Assembly: GCA_965237905.1 (NCBI GenBank)
Contig: OZ250172.1
Location: 320,001 to 384,000 of the forward strand
Length of the DNA stretch: 64,000 nucleotides
Source of the DNA: Nitrospinaceae bacterium
Lineage (GTDB): Bacteria; Nitrospinota; Nitrospinia; Nitrospinales; Nitrospinaceae
Direction: 5' to 3'
In this document: one piece after another, positions 48,293 to 57,646 of the stretch
How the letters are laid out: the number at the start of each line of letters is the position of its first letter
Numbering within the stretch: the stretch's first letter is position 1
Notes under the pieces: model-generated
The model's database searches: none
What the model was told of the DNA's origin: nothing
The model's input: the letters and a program-made list of their open reading frames with translations, nothing else
Program-made: the position numbers and the translations under genes

Positions 48293-49483
48293 ATGTCTGA
48301 TCTGAAAGAAAATTTACATACCGATCATATGGTCCTCAATATGGGACCGTCGCACCCTGCCACCCATGGAACCGTTAAATTCCTGTTGACCCTGGATGGC
48401 GAAACGATAGTGAATTGTGTCGTCGACGTGGGCTATCTGCACCGCGGTTTCGAGAAAATGTGCGAAAGCGTCTCTTGGACCAATGTGTTCCCCTACACCG
48501 ACCGGCTCAATTACTGTTCAGCCATCATGAACAACATCGGGTATGCGCTGGCCGTTGAAAAACTTCTCGGGATCGAATGCAGCGACCGGTGCCAGTACAT
48601 CCGCGTGGTGACGAATGAGCTATCCCGCATCTCCGACCATTACACCAACATCGCCGCGGCCGCGCTGGAGTTGGGAGCCCTCACGGCTTTTATTTATTTC
48701 GTCGAGACCCGCGAAATCATCTGGGACCTTCTGGAAAAAGTCTGTGGCGCACGCCTCACGTCCACCTACGTCCGCATCGGTGGCCTGATGTGCGACCTGC
48801 CGCCCGGCTTCGATGAGGATCTGCAGGCGGTTTACCCGAAACTGGACAGCCTGTACGATGATGTCGACAAACTGTTGACCAAAAACCGGATCTTCCTCGA
48901 CCGCATGCGGGATACCGGAACCATCTCCAGGGAAAGCGCCATTTCTTTCGGGTTCACCGGTCCCTGCCTCCGGGCCTGCGGAGTCGATTACGATGTCCGG
49001 AAAGCTCAGCCCTATATGCTTTACGACCGCTTCGACTTCGATATCCCCCTGGGCACGACCGGCGACAACTTCGACCGGTATCTGGTGCGCATGGAAGAGA
49101 TCAAGCAAAGCTTCAAAATCATCAAGCAGGCTATGAAAGAAATGCCCGACGGCCCCATCAATGTCGACAACCCCTACATACGGCAACCCTCCAAGCAGGA
49201 TACTTATTCGAAAATGGAGGAAATGATCGCCCATTTCAAGATAACCATCGACGGCCTGAAACCCCCGGTCGGCGAAGTATACATGGCCACCGAGGCGGCC
49301 AACGGGGAACTGGGCTTCTATATTGTCAGCGACGGCAGCGGTCGACCCTACAAATGCCGGGTACGACCTCCCTGCTTCACCATGACCGCCGGAATGGAGG
49401 AAATCGTCCGCGGCGCCATGCTGGCGGACATCATCCCGACCTTCGACATGCTCAACATGATCGGCGGCGAGTGCGACCGCTAA
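48293..49483 (+). CDS. nuoD: NADH-quinone oxidoreductase subunit D
   Basis: LNMGPSHPATHG, GYLHRGFEK, DRLNY, NGELG, C-terminal GECDR. Confidence 0.95.
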   Translation: MSDLKENLHTDHMVLNMGPSHPATHGTVKFLLTLDGETIVNCVVDVGYLHRGFEKMCESVSWTNVFPYTDRLNYCSAIMNNIGYALAVEKLLGIECSDRCQYIRVVTNELSRISDHYTNIAAAALELGALTAFIYFVETREIIWDLLEKVCGARLTSTYVRIGGLMCDLPPGFDEDLQAVYPKLDSLYDDVDKLLTKNRIFLDRMRDTGTISRESAISFGFTGPCLRACGVDYDVRKAQPYMLYDRFDFDIPLGTTGDNFDRYLVRMEEIKQSFKIIKQAMKEMPDGPINVDNPYIRQPSKQDTYSKMEEMIAHFKITIDGLKPPVGEVYMATEAANGELGFYIVSDGSGRPYKCRVRPPCFTMTAGMEEIVRGAMLADIIPTFDMLNMIGGECDR

Positions 49484-49578
49484 GACTGCAACGCGTCGCC
49501 CTTTGCCTTCTTCAGTTCCAAATGATTTCCAGGGAAACTCCTTCCCATAGTCTTTGCAATCCCTGATACTGTCAATCC

Positions 49579-50568
49579 ATGACCCGATTTCTAAAACCTC
49601 TGTTCCTGATCCTCGGCCTGCTGCTGTTCATTTGGGCGTTGCGGGAGGTGGACCTTTCACAGGTTGGCGACCTCTTGCTGGAAATGGGCCCGGGCCTGCT
49701 GGCCGTTATCCTGGCCTTTGGCCCGGTGACCTGGTTCGATGCCCTTTCCTGGAAGTACGCTTTTAAACCTGAAGAAGCTAAAACGATTCATTCCTTCGCC
49801 ATTTGGCGTATCCGGATCATCGGCGAGGCATTCAACGCCATCACCCCTCTGGGCACCATGGGCGGCGAACCGGTCAAAGCCCATTTGCTGAAAGAGAAAT
49901 ACGGCCTGACCTACAAACAGGGTGCGGCGTCCCAAGTGGTGGCGCGAACCACCTTGACGGTCTCGCTGATCCTATTCATGATCCCCGGCATCGTGTTCCT
50001 ATTCATGGATCAAGGTATCGCCGAGACTTTCAAAATCTCCAGCCTGACCGGACTGATCACCTTTTCCGTCCTCATATTTTTGTTTCTGCTGTTTCAGGTC
50101 ACCGGCACCTTGAGCCGGATGGCCCACGGATTCAACCGACTGTTTCCCACCCAGACCCCGCGCCCTTCGCTGGAGCATTTGGTCGCCCTCTGCGGCATGA
50201 TGTCCAGCTACTACCGCCAGCATCGCGGATTGTTTCTAAAATCGGTTGCTTTCGGTTTTCTCGGATGGGTGGCAGGCGTGTTGGAGCTTTATCTGACCCT
50301 ATTCTTCCTGGGGATACCTGTGGGTTTCAAGGAATTGTGGATCATCGAATCCCTGTTGCAGTTGGTCCGGGCGGGGAGCTTTTTCATTCCGCTCAGCTTG
50401 GGCGCTCAGGAGGGCGGATTGATCCTGATTTTTACTTCGATGGGGATGGCCGGCCCTCTGGGCCTGGCGGTGTCTTTCGTGCGGCGTATCCGCGAACTGG
50501 TGTGGATTGCTTTGGGATTATTATTGGGCTGGGTCAAGGCTTCCGGAGTTCAAAGAGAACACCCCTGA
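49579..50568 (+). CDS. Lysylphosphatidylglycerol synthase TM / flippase-like (HpnL-like) membrane protein
   Basis: GEAFNAITP...GGEPVKA, IP.SLGAQEGG, RRIREL; multiple TM segments. Confidence 0.82.
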   Translation: MTRFLKPLFLILGLLLFIWALREVDLSQVGDLLLEMGPGLLAVILAFGPVTWFDALSWKYAFKPEEAKTIHSFAIWRIRIIGEAFNAITPLGTMGGEPVKAHLLKEKYGLTYKQGAASQVVARTTLTVSLILFMIPGIVFLFMDQGIAETFKISSLTGLITFSVLIFLFLLFQVTGTLSRMAHGFNRLFPTQTPRPSLEHLVALCGMMSSYYRQHRGLFLKSVAFGFLGWVAGVLELYLTLFFLGIPVGFKELWIIESLLQLVRAGSFFIPLSLGAQEGGLILIFTSMGMAGPLGLAVSFVRRIRELVWIALGLLLGWVKASGVQREHP

Positions 50569-50597
50569 GATTTTCTCTGGGAAACGAAAACCTTCAA

Positions 50598-51179
50598 TTA
50601 CAGGACATCACGCCGCACGCCGCGGCCCTTTCCACGGCCGAACGGGTTGCGTTTAACCGATTCGGTGAACACGTCGTTCTGCTGAACCAGGCCGTCGTGC
50701 GGGGTCCGGATGGTGCCAATGCGCTTATCCTTTAATTCCTTGATGGCATCTTCGATCATTTTTTCTTCCTCGCTCTTCACGCGCTCTCCCTTGGGTTTGG
50801 GTTTGCCTTGCGGGGACTGCGCCTGCGCGGCCGGTTGTTGCGGCGCGGGTTTGGAAGTGTCGGTGGCCGGGGTGGCGGTTGATTGAGCGGTCGGCTGACT
50901 GGAAGGTGCGGCCTTCGGATGAGATCCTCCCAACTGGGCGGTGACTTCCTCTTCGGTGGTGGCAGGAGCGTTTTCAGGATTAGGAAGCTCGGCGGTATCT
51001 CCGCCTTCCGCTTGCGCCACCTGATCACCTGATACTTCTTCGGCTTCCTTCATGGAGGTTTTGAAATTTTTGATACTGCGGCCGAAGGCGTTCCCGATTT
51101 CCGGAAGTTTGCCGGCGCCGAATATAATCATGATAATGATCAGAATGACCATTAACTCTGGAAAGCCGATGCCCATCAT
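50598..51179 (-). CDS. tatA: Twin-arginine translocase TatA/E subunit with long C-terminal extension
   Basis: [36 protein letters not shown]. Confidence 0.9.
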   Translation of the reverse strand: MMGIGFPELMVILIIIMIIFGAGKLPEIGNAFGRSIKNFKTSMKEAEEVSGDQVAQAEGGDTAELPNPENAPATTEEEVTAQLGGSHPKAAPSSQPTAQSTATPATDTSKPAPQQPAAQAQSPQGKPKPKGERVKSEEEKMIEDAIKELKDKRIGTIRTPHDGLVQQNDVFTESVKRNPFGRGKGRGVRRDVL

Positions 51180-51330
51180 AACTCTGTCTCCGTGTGGTGT
51201 TTAAACCTGTCTCTAAAAATTCGAGATTATTATAACACAACCGGAAAATCCCCACCGGCGATCCTATAATCAAATTAATATCAATACTTTCAATTAGTTA
51301 TAATAACACTACTTAAGTATTGGATGCACC

Positions 51331-51368
51331 CAAATAACAACGGGAAGCCGGTTCTGCCCAGCTTCCCG
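51331..51368 (-). terminator. Intrinsic terminator after the small TPR gene
   Basis: CGGGAAGC / GCTTCCCG inverted repeat followed on the minus strand by TTGTTATTT. Confidence 0.7.
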
Positions 51369-51392
51369 CAGTGGGTAACTCTGAAAATTTGG

Positions 51393-51752
51393 TTAGTGAC
51401 CGATATGGCCGTTCAAAATCTTGGAGTTCAAAATCGCTTTGTTCCCCTTCGCGTTCTTTTTAGCCGCCTTGAAGTGCATGGTGGCTTCGCCATGACGTCC
51501 CAGTTTGTCCAAACAGATGGCCTCATTGAAATGCGTTTCAGCAATGGAAGAATCCGCCTTGGACGCCGCCTGAAAATGCTTCAAAGCCACGTCATGATGT
51601 CCCTGGCCCCAGTGATCGATTCCTTCTTTATTGTGTTTCACCGAGTCAGCGTTGGAACCAGCTGGCAACGACATGGGGCCTTCCCCTGCAAATGACGTAA
51701 CCGGAAGACCGAGTAAACATAAAGCTGCCAAAAAAAGCATGACCTTTTTCAT
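51393..51752 (-). CDS. Small exported TPR protein
   Basis: Signal peptide; HNKEGI..W.QG....A..HF..A, HFNEAI.L.KLG.H.EA..HF. Confidence 0.85.
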   Translation of the reverse strand: MKKVMLFLAALCLLGLPVTSFAGEGPMSLPAGSNADSVKHNKEGIDHWGQGHHDVALKHFQAASKADSSIAETHFNEAICLDKLGRHGEATMHFKAAKKNAKGNKAILNSKILNGHIGH

Positions 51753-52062
51753 AGGGTATTTCTCCCAAAATTGTTAAGAGAAGTAATTTTCACGGTTGAG
51801 TTTATCATTTTCCGGGACCAAAAAACAGTTTTCTTGAACCCGGGAGGAGGCCCAGGGCACCCTAAAAAAATAGCCGTAATCCCAATACAAATCGATGACC
51901 TCAATTTATATCGCGATATTCCAATAGAAAGCCCTTTATTTCCACTTATCATACAAATTGTATCAATAAAATTATAAAGTTAAGGACTTGAACGCGCGCC
52001 CGAAATTCAATAAACTGGAAGGCGTAGCTTAACGCCCCATCGACACCGGAATCCCTCAATTC

Positions 52063-52530
52063 ATGCCCATCGAAGAACTGGTCAAACAAAATCTGGTTAA
52101 CGGCGATACCTTGGATCTTGAAAAATCCAATATCGGCAATGACGGAGCGAAGGAGCTGGCTCAGATGGAAGTTCTGGCGCAAGTCACCCGCCTGGAATTG
52201 GGTGACAACCAAATCGGCGATGATGGAGTGAACACGCTAATGGCAAGCCCGCACATCAGTAATGTAAAGATTCTGAACCTGAAATCGAACGAAATCACCG
52301 GACAAGGAGTGCAAGCGATTGCCAATTCTCCCTACTTGAACCGATTGGAACAGTTGATTCTCAAGTTCAATAAAATTGGTGGAGAGGGCGCCCAACACCT
52401 GGCGGCTTCCGAACATTTTCCAAAATTGAATACCTTGGATCTGTTTCGCTGTGACTTGGGAACAGAAGGCACCGCCGCCATCAAGAAATCAAAATTTTTC
52501 AAAAATCTCAGCCGGGTGCGGCTGGATTGA
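52063..52530 (+). CDS. Leucine-rich repeat protein (RI-like/GALA-like)
   Basis: Repeated LxLxxNxIGxxGxxxLA units. Confidence 0.88.
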   Translation: MPIEELVKQNLVNGDTLDLEKSNIGNDGAKELAQMEVLAQVTRLELGDNQIGDDGVNTLMASPHISNVKILNLKSNEITGQGVQAIANSPYLNRLEQLILKFNKIGGEGAQHLAASEHFPKLNTLDLFRCDLGTEGTAAIKKSKFFKNLSRVRLD

Positions 52531-52561
52531 AAACCCGTAACCCATTAAGCGAAGTCTAAAA

Positions 52562-52975
52562 ATGGACCTGACCCAGGAATGCCCCAGGAGCCCCAGAGAA
52601 AAAATCGCGGATCTGGCTCATCTTCCGAGAATGATTGACAAGGCACACGCCGCCCAACAAAACACCCTGGGGGAATATATCTATCCCTGCCCATTGGACA
52701 AAATCATGCTGGATTTTCTGGGAGTCGATTCGGATACATTCCAGAAAAAAGTCTGCAACGATACAGAAGAGGCTCTATTGGCCTGGATCCTATTGCAATG
52801 TCAAAACCGTTCTCTGGGAGATAAAGATGCGGTTAACAATAAAATTCTGAAAAGCCAGCCCGACAGCCCGGAAAAATGGGAAACCTTTCATGAAACCCGC
52901 GAGGGTCTCGGTCCATCCAGAACAGATATAACCACCTGGGTGGATTTGATCGATCTGGAGGAAGGCCGACTTTAA
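52562..52975 (+). CDS. DUF5069-like protein
   Basis: DLT...PRSPRE....L.HLPRMIDKA, GEYIYPCPLD, TWVDLIDLEEGR. Confidence 0.8.
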   Translation: MDLTQECPRSPREKIADLAHLPRMIDKAHAAQQNTLGEYIYPCPLDKIMLDFLGVDSDTFQKKVCNDTEEALLAWILLQCQNRSLGDKDAVNNKILKSQPDSPEKWETFHETREGLGPSRTDITTWVDLIDLEEGRL

Positions 52976-53024
52976 AGCCATACTTAGTATCCTTTTAACT
53001 CCGTCATGAAATGCTGATCCAACC

Positions 53025-55607
53025 ATGAAAAATATCCTAAAAAATCAAAAAGTGTTCTCAAGCTCCAACCGTACAGACAAACCCGGAACCTGGAAAAGAA
53101 CTTTATTGAAAGTCACATTGTGGGGTTCTCTGGTTTGCCTCGTGATCGGTTTTATAGGGGCCAGCGTCCTGTACTTCAAATACTCCGACGACCTGCCGGA
53201 TGTCCGGACACTCAAGGAATATCAACCCAATATCATCACCAAGGTCTATTCCGACACGGATGAATTGATCGCAGAATTTTTTATTGAAAAGCGAATCATG
53301 ATTGGGTTCGAGCAGATCCCTCTGCGTTTGAAGCAAGCGACCCTGGCGGTGGAGGATTCCAGTTTTTATTATCACTTGGGGGTCGATCCCAAGGCTATTA
53401 TCCGGGCTTCCATCGCGAATTACCGGGCTGGTCACGTGGTGGAAGGCGCCAGCACCATCACCCAACAATTGACCAAAACCCTGTTTTTATCTCCCCAGAA
53501 AAAATTTGAACGAAAAATCCGGGAAGCCATTCTGGCGATTCGAATGGAATTGATTTTCAGTAAAGATGAAATTCTGGGAATGTACCTCAATCAGATTTAT
53601 TACGGGCACGGCAGTTACGGCGTCGCGGCGGCATCGCGCACCTATTTCGGAAAAGAGTTGAAAGATCTGACGGTCAGCGAATGTGCCATGATCGCTTCGT
53701 TGCCCAAGGCCCCCACGCATTATTCGCCCTACAACAATCTCGACAAGGCGCTGAAACGGAGGGACCACGCCATTCGCCGTATGGAGTACCACGGATTCAT
53801 TACAGAGGAGGAAATGCAAGCCGCCCTGACGGAACCTCTCGAACTGGGAGAAGTCAAGGGTATGCTCAACAAGGCTCCTTATTTTGTTGAATATATTCGC
53901 CAGTTTATCCAGGAAAATTATGGCAGCAAACAGCTGTACCAGGATGGAATGAAAATTTACACCACCCTGAATCTGGAAAATCAGATGGTGGCGGAACAGG
54001 CGGTGAAGGACGGCCTGCGACTGGCGGACAAACGGTACGGTTACCGCGGCGCCCTGGCTCACATTGATCCCAAGCAAGATATCCAGGTTCTGGATAACCT
54101 GCTGATGGAACTCAACAAACGGTCCATGGGACCCCACCTGGGCCTGAGCGAAACTCATCCATCTTCAGCCACAGATTCCATTGAACCTCCAGCAAACACA
54201 CCGCTCCCGCCAGGTTCCAAAGAGGTCACTACAGCATCCAGTAATGTTCTCGATAGCGATATTGCTGAGGAAGGCGACCTGGCCAAGGGCATCGTCACCG
54301 AGATCAAAGACGAGGAGGTCGCGGTTTATCTTGGGGGCAATCAGGGGATCATCCGCCTTGAAAATTTGAGTTGGGCTCGCGAACCCAATCCAAAGCTGGA
54401 TGGCAAATATCACCAAATCACCAACCCCAAGGAAGCCTTGTCCAAGGGAGACATTATCGAGGTGAAGATTCTGCCTCCGCCGGAAGAAGAAGAGGACGAA
54501 AAAGGGAAAAGAAAGAAAAAGGGGAAAGAGCAAAACAAAGAAAAAGAGGATATCCTTAACTTGGGGCTGGAACAGGAACCCGAAGCCCAAGCCGGCCTGA
54601 TCAGCGTGGAGCCTTTCACCGGTTACATCAAGGCCATGGTCGGCGGTTATGATTTCAGCAAAAGCCAGTTCAACCGAGCCACCCAGGCAGTACGCCAACC
54701 CGGCTCAGCCTTCAAACCTATTATTTTCGCAACTGCGCTTCAAGACGGCTACACTCCCGCAAGTATCGTTATCGATTCACCGATCATCTTCAATGAAAAG
54801 GAAGATACTTTCGGCAAGTGGAAACCGGTCAACTTTGCAAAGAAGTTTTACGGCCCCACCTCGGTTCGGACAGCGCTGACCCATTCCCGCAATGTGGTCA
54901 CCATAAAACTTCTCCAAAACACCGGCGTTCCCAAAGCCATTCAAATGGCCCGCCGATTGGGGATCACGACCGACCTGTCGAACAACCTGTCCATTGCGTT
55001 GGGGTCTTCCGGGGTCACTTTGTACGAACTGGTTTCTGCTTACTCCATCTTCGCCAACCAGGGCGTACGATTACCCCCCGTGCCCATCCGTTACATCAAG
55101 GACCGGAACGACGAGATTCTATACACTTACGAGCCCGTGGGGGAACCCGTCCTCTCCTCTGGGATGGCGTATCTGGTGACCAACTTGATGGAGAGTGTGG
55201 TTCAACACGGAACGGCTTATGTCATACGAAAAAACTTGAATCGTCCCATTGCAGGAAAAACCGGCACCACCAACGACTATAACGATGCCTGGTTCATCGG
55301 ATTTTCTCCAGAACTGGTCACCGGCGTTTGGGTCGGAAAAGATGAGGATGAACCCTTGGGAGTGAACGAAACCGGGACCCGGACCGCTATACCCATCTGG
55401 CTAAAGTATATGCAGGAAGCCTTAAAGGATGTGCCTGTTAAAAGTTTTCCTATTCCCAATGATGTGACCTACATCAAAATAAATCAGGAAACAGGACAGG
55501 AAACCACCTTCGACGACCCGGATGGACGGTTTGAAGTATTTCTGAATGATAACCTGCCAGACAAAAGTATGTCGGGAATCAATCCTCTGGATGAAAATAC
55601 ATTTTAG
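53025..55607 (+). CDS. mrcA: Penicillin-binding protein 1A (bifunctional GT/TP) with OB-like insertion
   Basis: AVEDSSFY.H.G.D, GASTITQQL, RKIRE; QPGSAFK, SRN, KTGT. Confidence 0.95.
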   Translation: MKNILKNQKVFSSSNRTDKPGTWKRTLLKVTLWGSLVCLVIGFIGASVLYFKYSDDLPDVRTLKEYQPNIITKVYSDTDELIAEFFIEKRIMIGFEQIPLRLKQATLAVEDSSFYYHLGVDPKAIIRASIANYRAGHVVEGASTITQQLTKTLFLSPQKKFERKIREAILAIRMELIFSKDEILGMYLNQIYYGHGSYGVAAASRTYFGKELKDLTVSECAMIASLPKAPTHYSPYNNLDKALKRRDHAIRRMEYHGFITEEEMQAALTEPLELGEVKGMLNKAPYFVEYIRQFIQENYGSKQLYQDGMKIYTTLNLENQMVAEQAVKDGLRLADKRYGYRGALAHIDPKQDIQVLDNLLMELNKRSMGPHLGLSETHPSSATDSIEPPANTPLPPGSKEVTTASSNVLDSDIAEEGDLAKGIVTEIKDEEVAVYLGGNQGIIRLENLSWAREPNPKLDGKYHQITNPKEALSKGDIIEVKILPPPEEEEDEKGKRKKKGKEQNKEKEDILNLGLEQEPEAQAGLISVEPFTGYIKAMVGGYDFSKSQFNRATQAVRQPGSAFKPIIFATALQDGYTPASIVIDSPIIFNEKEDTFGKWKPVNFAKKFYGPTSVRTALTHSRNVVTIKLLQNTGVPKAIQMARRLGITTDLSNNLSIALGSSGVTLYELVSAYSIFANQGVRLPPVPIRYIKDRNDEILYTYEPVGEPVLSSGMAYLVTNLMESVVQHGTAYVIRKNLNRPIAGKTGTTNDYNDAWFIGFSPELVTGVWVGKDEDEPLGVNETGTRTAIPIWLKYMQEALKDVPVKSFPIPNDVTYIKINQETGQETTFDDPDGRFEVFLNDNLPDKSMSGINPLDENTF

Positions 55608-57646
55608 GGAGCTTCGTCTTCCGGCACGGGCTGGAGCCCCGGGTTTTCAGGAACCTGTTCGGCGATATCCCCTTCCTTCACAGTCAGCTTGACCAGGGAT
55701 TTTACGGAATCGCCTGAGGGTAAAATGGAGGTATCCCCGGATACGCCGGGGAAATCTTTAAGCGAACGTAGCTTTTCCAACACATCAAGACGATTGAACG
55801 CCCTTTCTTTGATGAACTTCACAAAAATATTCGCGGCATCGTAAGATTGGGCCGAATGAATGGTTGGATTCTGCCCAAAGGTGGAGAGGAACATATCTAC
55901 AAACTTCACGGTTCTTTCGTTTTGCGAATTAGCATAAAACCCATCCACAAATAAAACCGTTTTCAAATAATTCCGGGCGGCATCCACCAATTCACGGGAA
56001 TTCCAGCCATTGCCTCCCATCAGCAGGACATCTTCAATATTGTAAAAAGCCAGTTGAGGAACGATCAACCTCACTTTGTCATAAGATCCGGGAATAAAGA
56101 TGGCATCGTAATTCAGCTCCAGGGCAACTTTCAGCGCCTCTACTTTATCGTCCGCATAAAGCCCACCTTCGACCAGCGGTCTGGACTTGATGCCCTTATC
56201 ATTCAAAGGCGGGGGCTGAGTGCCCCGTTTGATATGCCTCTGGACCCGGGCCTTTAACTGATCATCGGCCATTCCGCCGACCTGTAAAATCTGCTTTTTA
56301 AAATCCGACTGCGTCCGATCAAAGGGAATGGATTCGACAATTTGTCCGCCGAACGAACGGACCTCAGCCTCAAACACCTTCCGCATAGTTTCGCCATAAG
56401 AGGCGGTGGGATAAATCACCACAAACCGGTATAAATTCAGGTCATTGACGGCATGCCGGGCCAGGTAGCTGGCTTGCAGTTCCTTGGTGAGCGCGTTCCT
56501 GAAAATATAGGGGCTCTTGTCAGCCAGACCGGGGGTCGAAGCTGTGGGGGTAAAAATGGGCAACTGATACTTTTCAATGATGGGGATCACGCTCTCCACA
56601 TCCTCCGTTAATACCGGCCCGATAATACCGATGACATTGGGGTCCTGAGCCAGTTCTTCAACCACCTGAACAACCTCCCGACCTAATCCAGAGTCCTTCA
56701 CCACCAGCTCCAGCCGGCTTTTATCCCTGCGAGACAGTTGGTTGATCGCCAGCTGAATCCCCTGCAAAACCCGTTGTCCCACAATCGCTCTTTTCCCGGA
56801 CAAGGGTAGCACCACACCAATCCGTATGGCCCGACTTGAATCGGTTTTCAGCCGGATCAGTAACTTCTCATAATGTCCTCTTAATTCATGGCTTGGAAAA
56901 CGAGAAATCAAATCCTCCAGGCTGATTTGATAATTCCCCAAATCGCGTTCGATCCTGTAAATTGAAATCAACTTTTGTAAAATCAAATCCGCCGGGAATT
57001 CAGAACCCAACGACTTGGCAAGGAATGCCAACTGCTTTCTATTTAATTTTTCATTGACGATATTTTTGATGTAACTGGCGGCTTCCTGCTTGATTTCCGG
57101 ATAGGGACTTCTATCCATAATCTGTTTGAATTTCTTAAAGGCCTTTTCGAGCTCCAAGCGTTTGTCATCAATATAACCCAGGTAAACAAAGGCCCTCCAT
57201 TTTTGAATCGGGTCGGGATTGAGCTGAACCGTTTCCCGCAACAGTTTTTCAGCTTCGGGGTACCGTTCTATTTCAAAATAGCACCGGCCCATATCCAATT
57301 TGACACTGTAAATCAACGTGGAATCAGGAAATGTATCTAGAAAATATTGGTAGTGCCTCAGAGCAGAAAGGTAGGATTTGTTTTTGTAATCGATCCCACC
57401 CAATCGCATGGCCGCCTTGGGAGCACGGGTATCCGTTGAAAACGCGCTTAGAAAATCCTCATAAGAGGCACGGGACTCCAACAATTTATTTTCGTGATAT
57501 AGAGTTTCAGCTTTGGCAAACAGAGTGTCTGCACTTTGGCGGGATTCAAAATCCTGGGCAGAAACGGACGTTACTGTAACGAGCAACAAGCAGAGTAGGG
57601 TTAAGATGGAATATCGCATGGTCAACGGCCGAGGGAACCGGCTCAT
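55604..57646 (-). CDS. LpoA/LppC-like protein (TPR + periplasmic binding-protein type 1 domain)
   Basis: BamD-like TPR N-terminus; IGVVLPLSG..., IIGP, DAIFIPG..., YDAA, FPGVSG. Confidence 0.78.
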   Translation of the reverse strand: MSRFPRPLTMRYSILTLLCLLLVTVTSVSAQDFESRQSADTLFAKAETLYHENKLLESRASYEDFLSAFSTDTRAPKAAMRLGGIDYKNKSYLSALRHYQYFLDTFPDSTLIYSVKLDMGRCYFEIERYPEAEKLLRETVQLNPDPIQKWRAFVYLGYIDDKRLELEKAFKKFKQIMDRSPYPEIKQEAASYIKNIVNEKLNRKQLAFLAKSLGSEFPADLILQKLISIYRIERDLGNYQISLEDLISRFPSHELRGHYEKLLIRLKTDSSRAIRIGVVLPLSGKRAIVGQRVLQGIQLAINQLSRRDKSRLELVVKDSGLGREVVQVVEELAQDPNVIGIIGPVLTEDVESVIPIIEKYQLPIFTPTASTPGLADKSPYIFRNALTKELQASYLARHAVNDLNLYRFVVIYPTASYGETMRKVFEAEVRSFGGQIVESIPFDRTQSDFKKQILQVGGMADDQLKARVQRHIKRGTQPPPLNDKGIKSRPLVEGGLYADDKVEALKVALELNYDAIFIPGSYDKVRLIVPQLAFYNIEDVLLMGGNGWNSRELVDAARNYLKTVLFVDGFYANSQNERTVKFVDMFLSTFGQNPTIHSAQSYDAANIFVKFIKERAFNRLDVLEKLRSLKDFPGVSGDTSILPSGDSVKSLVKLTVKEGDIAEQVPENPGLQPVPEDEAP

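Noticed and set aside
48293..49483. Call as NiFe-hydrogenase large subunit
   Set aside because: Lacks N- and C-terminal CxxC Ni ligands; has NuoD quinone-site motifs
49803..50735. 310-aa alternative-frame ORF over the flippase-like gene
   Set aside because: Arg/Pro-rich off-frame translation overlapping two supported genes
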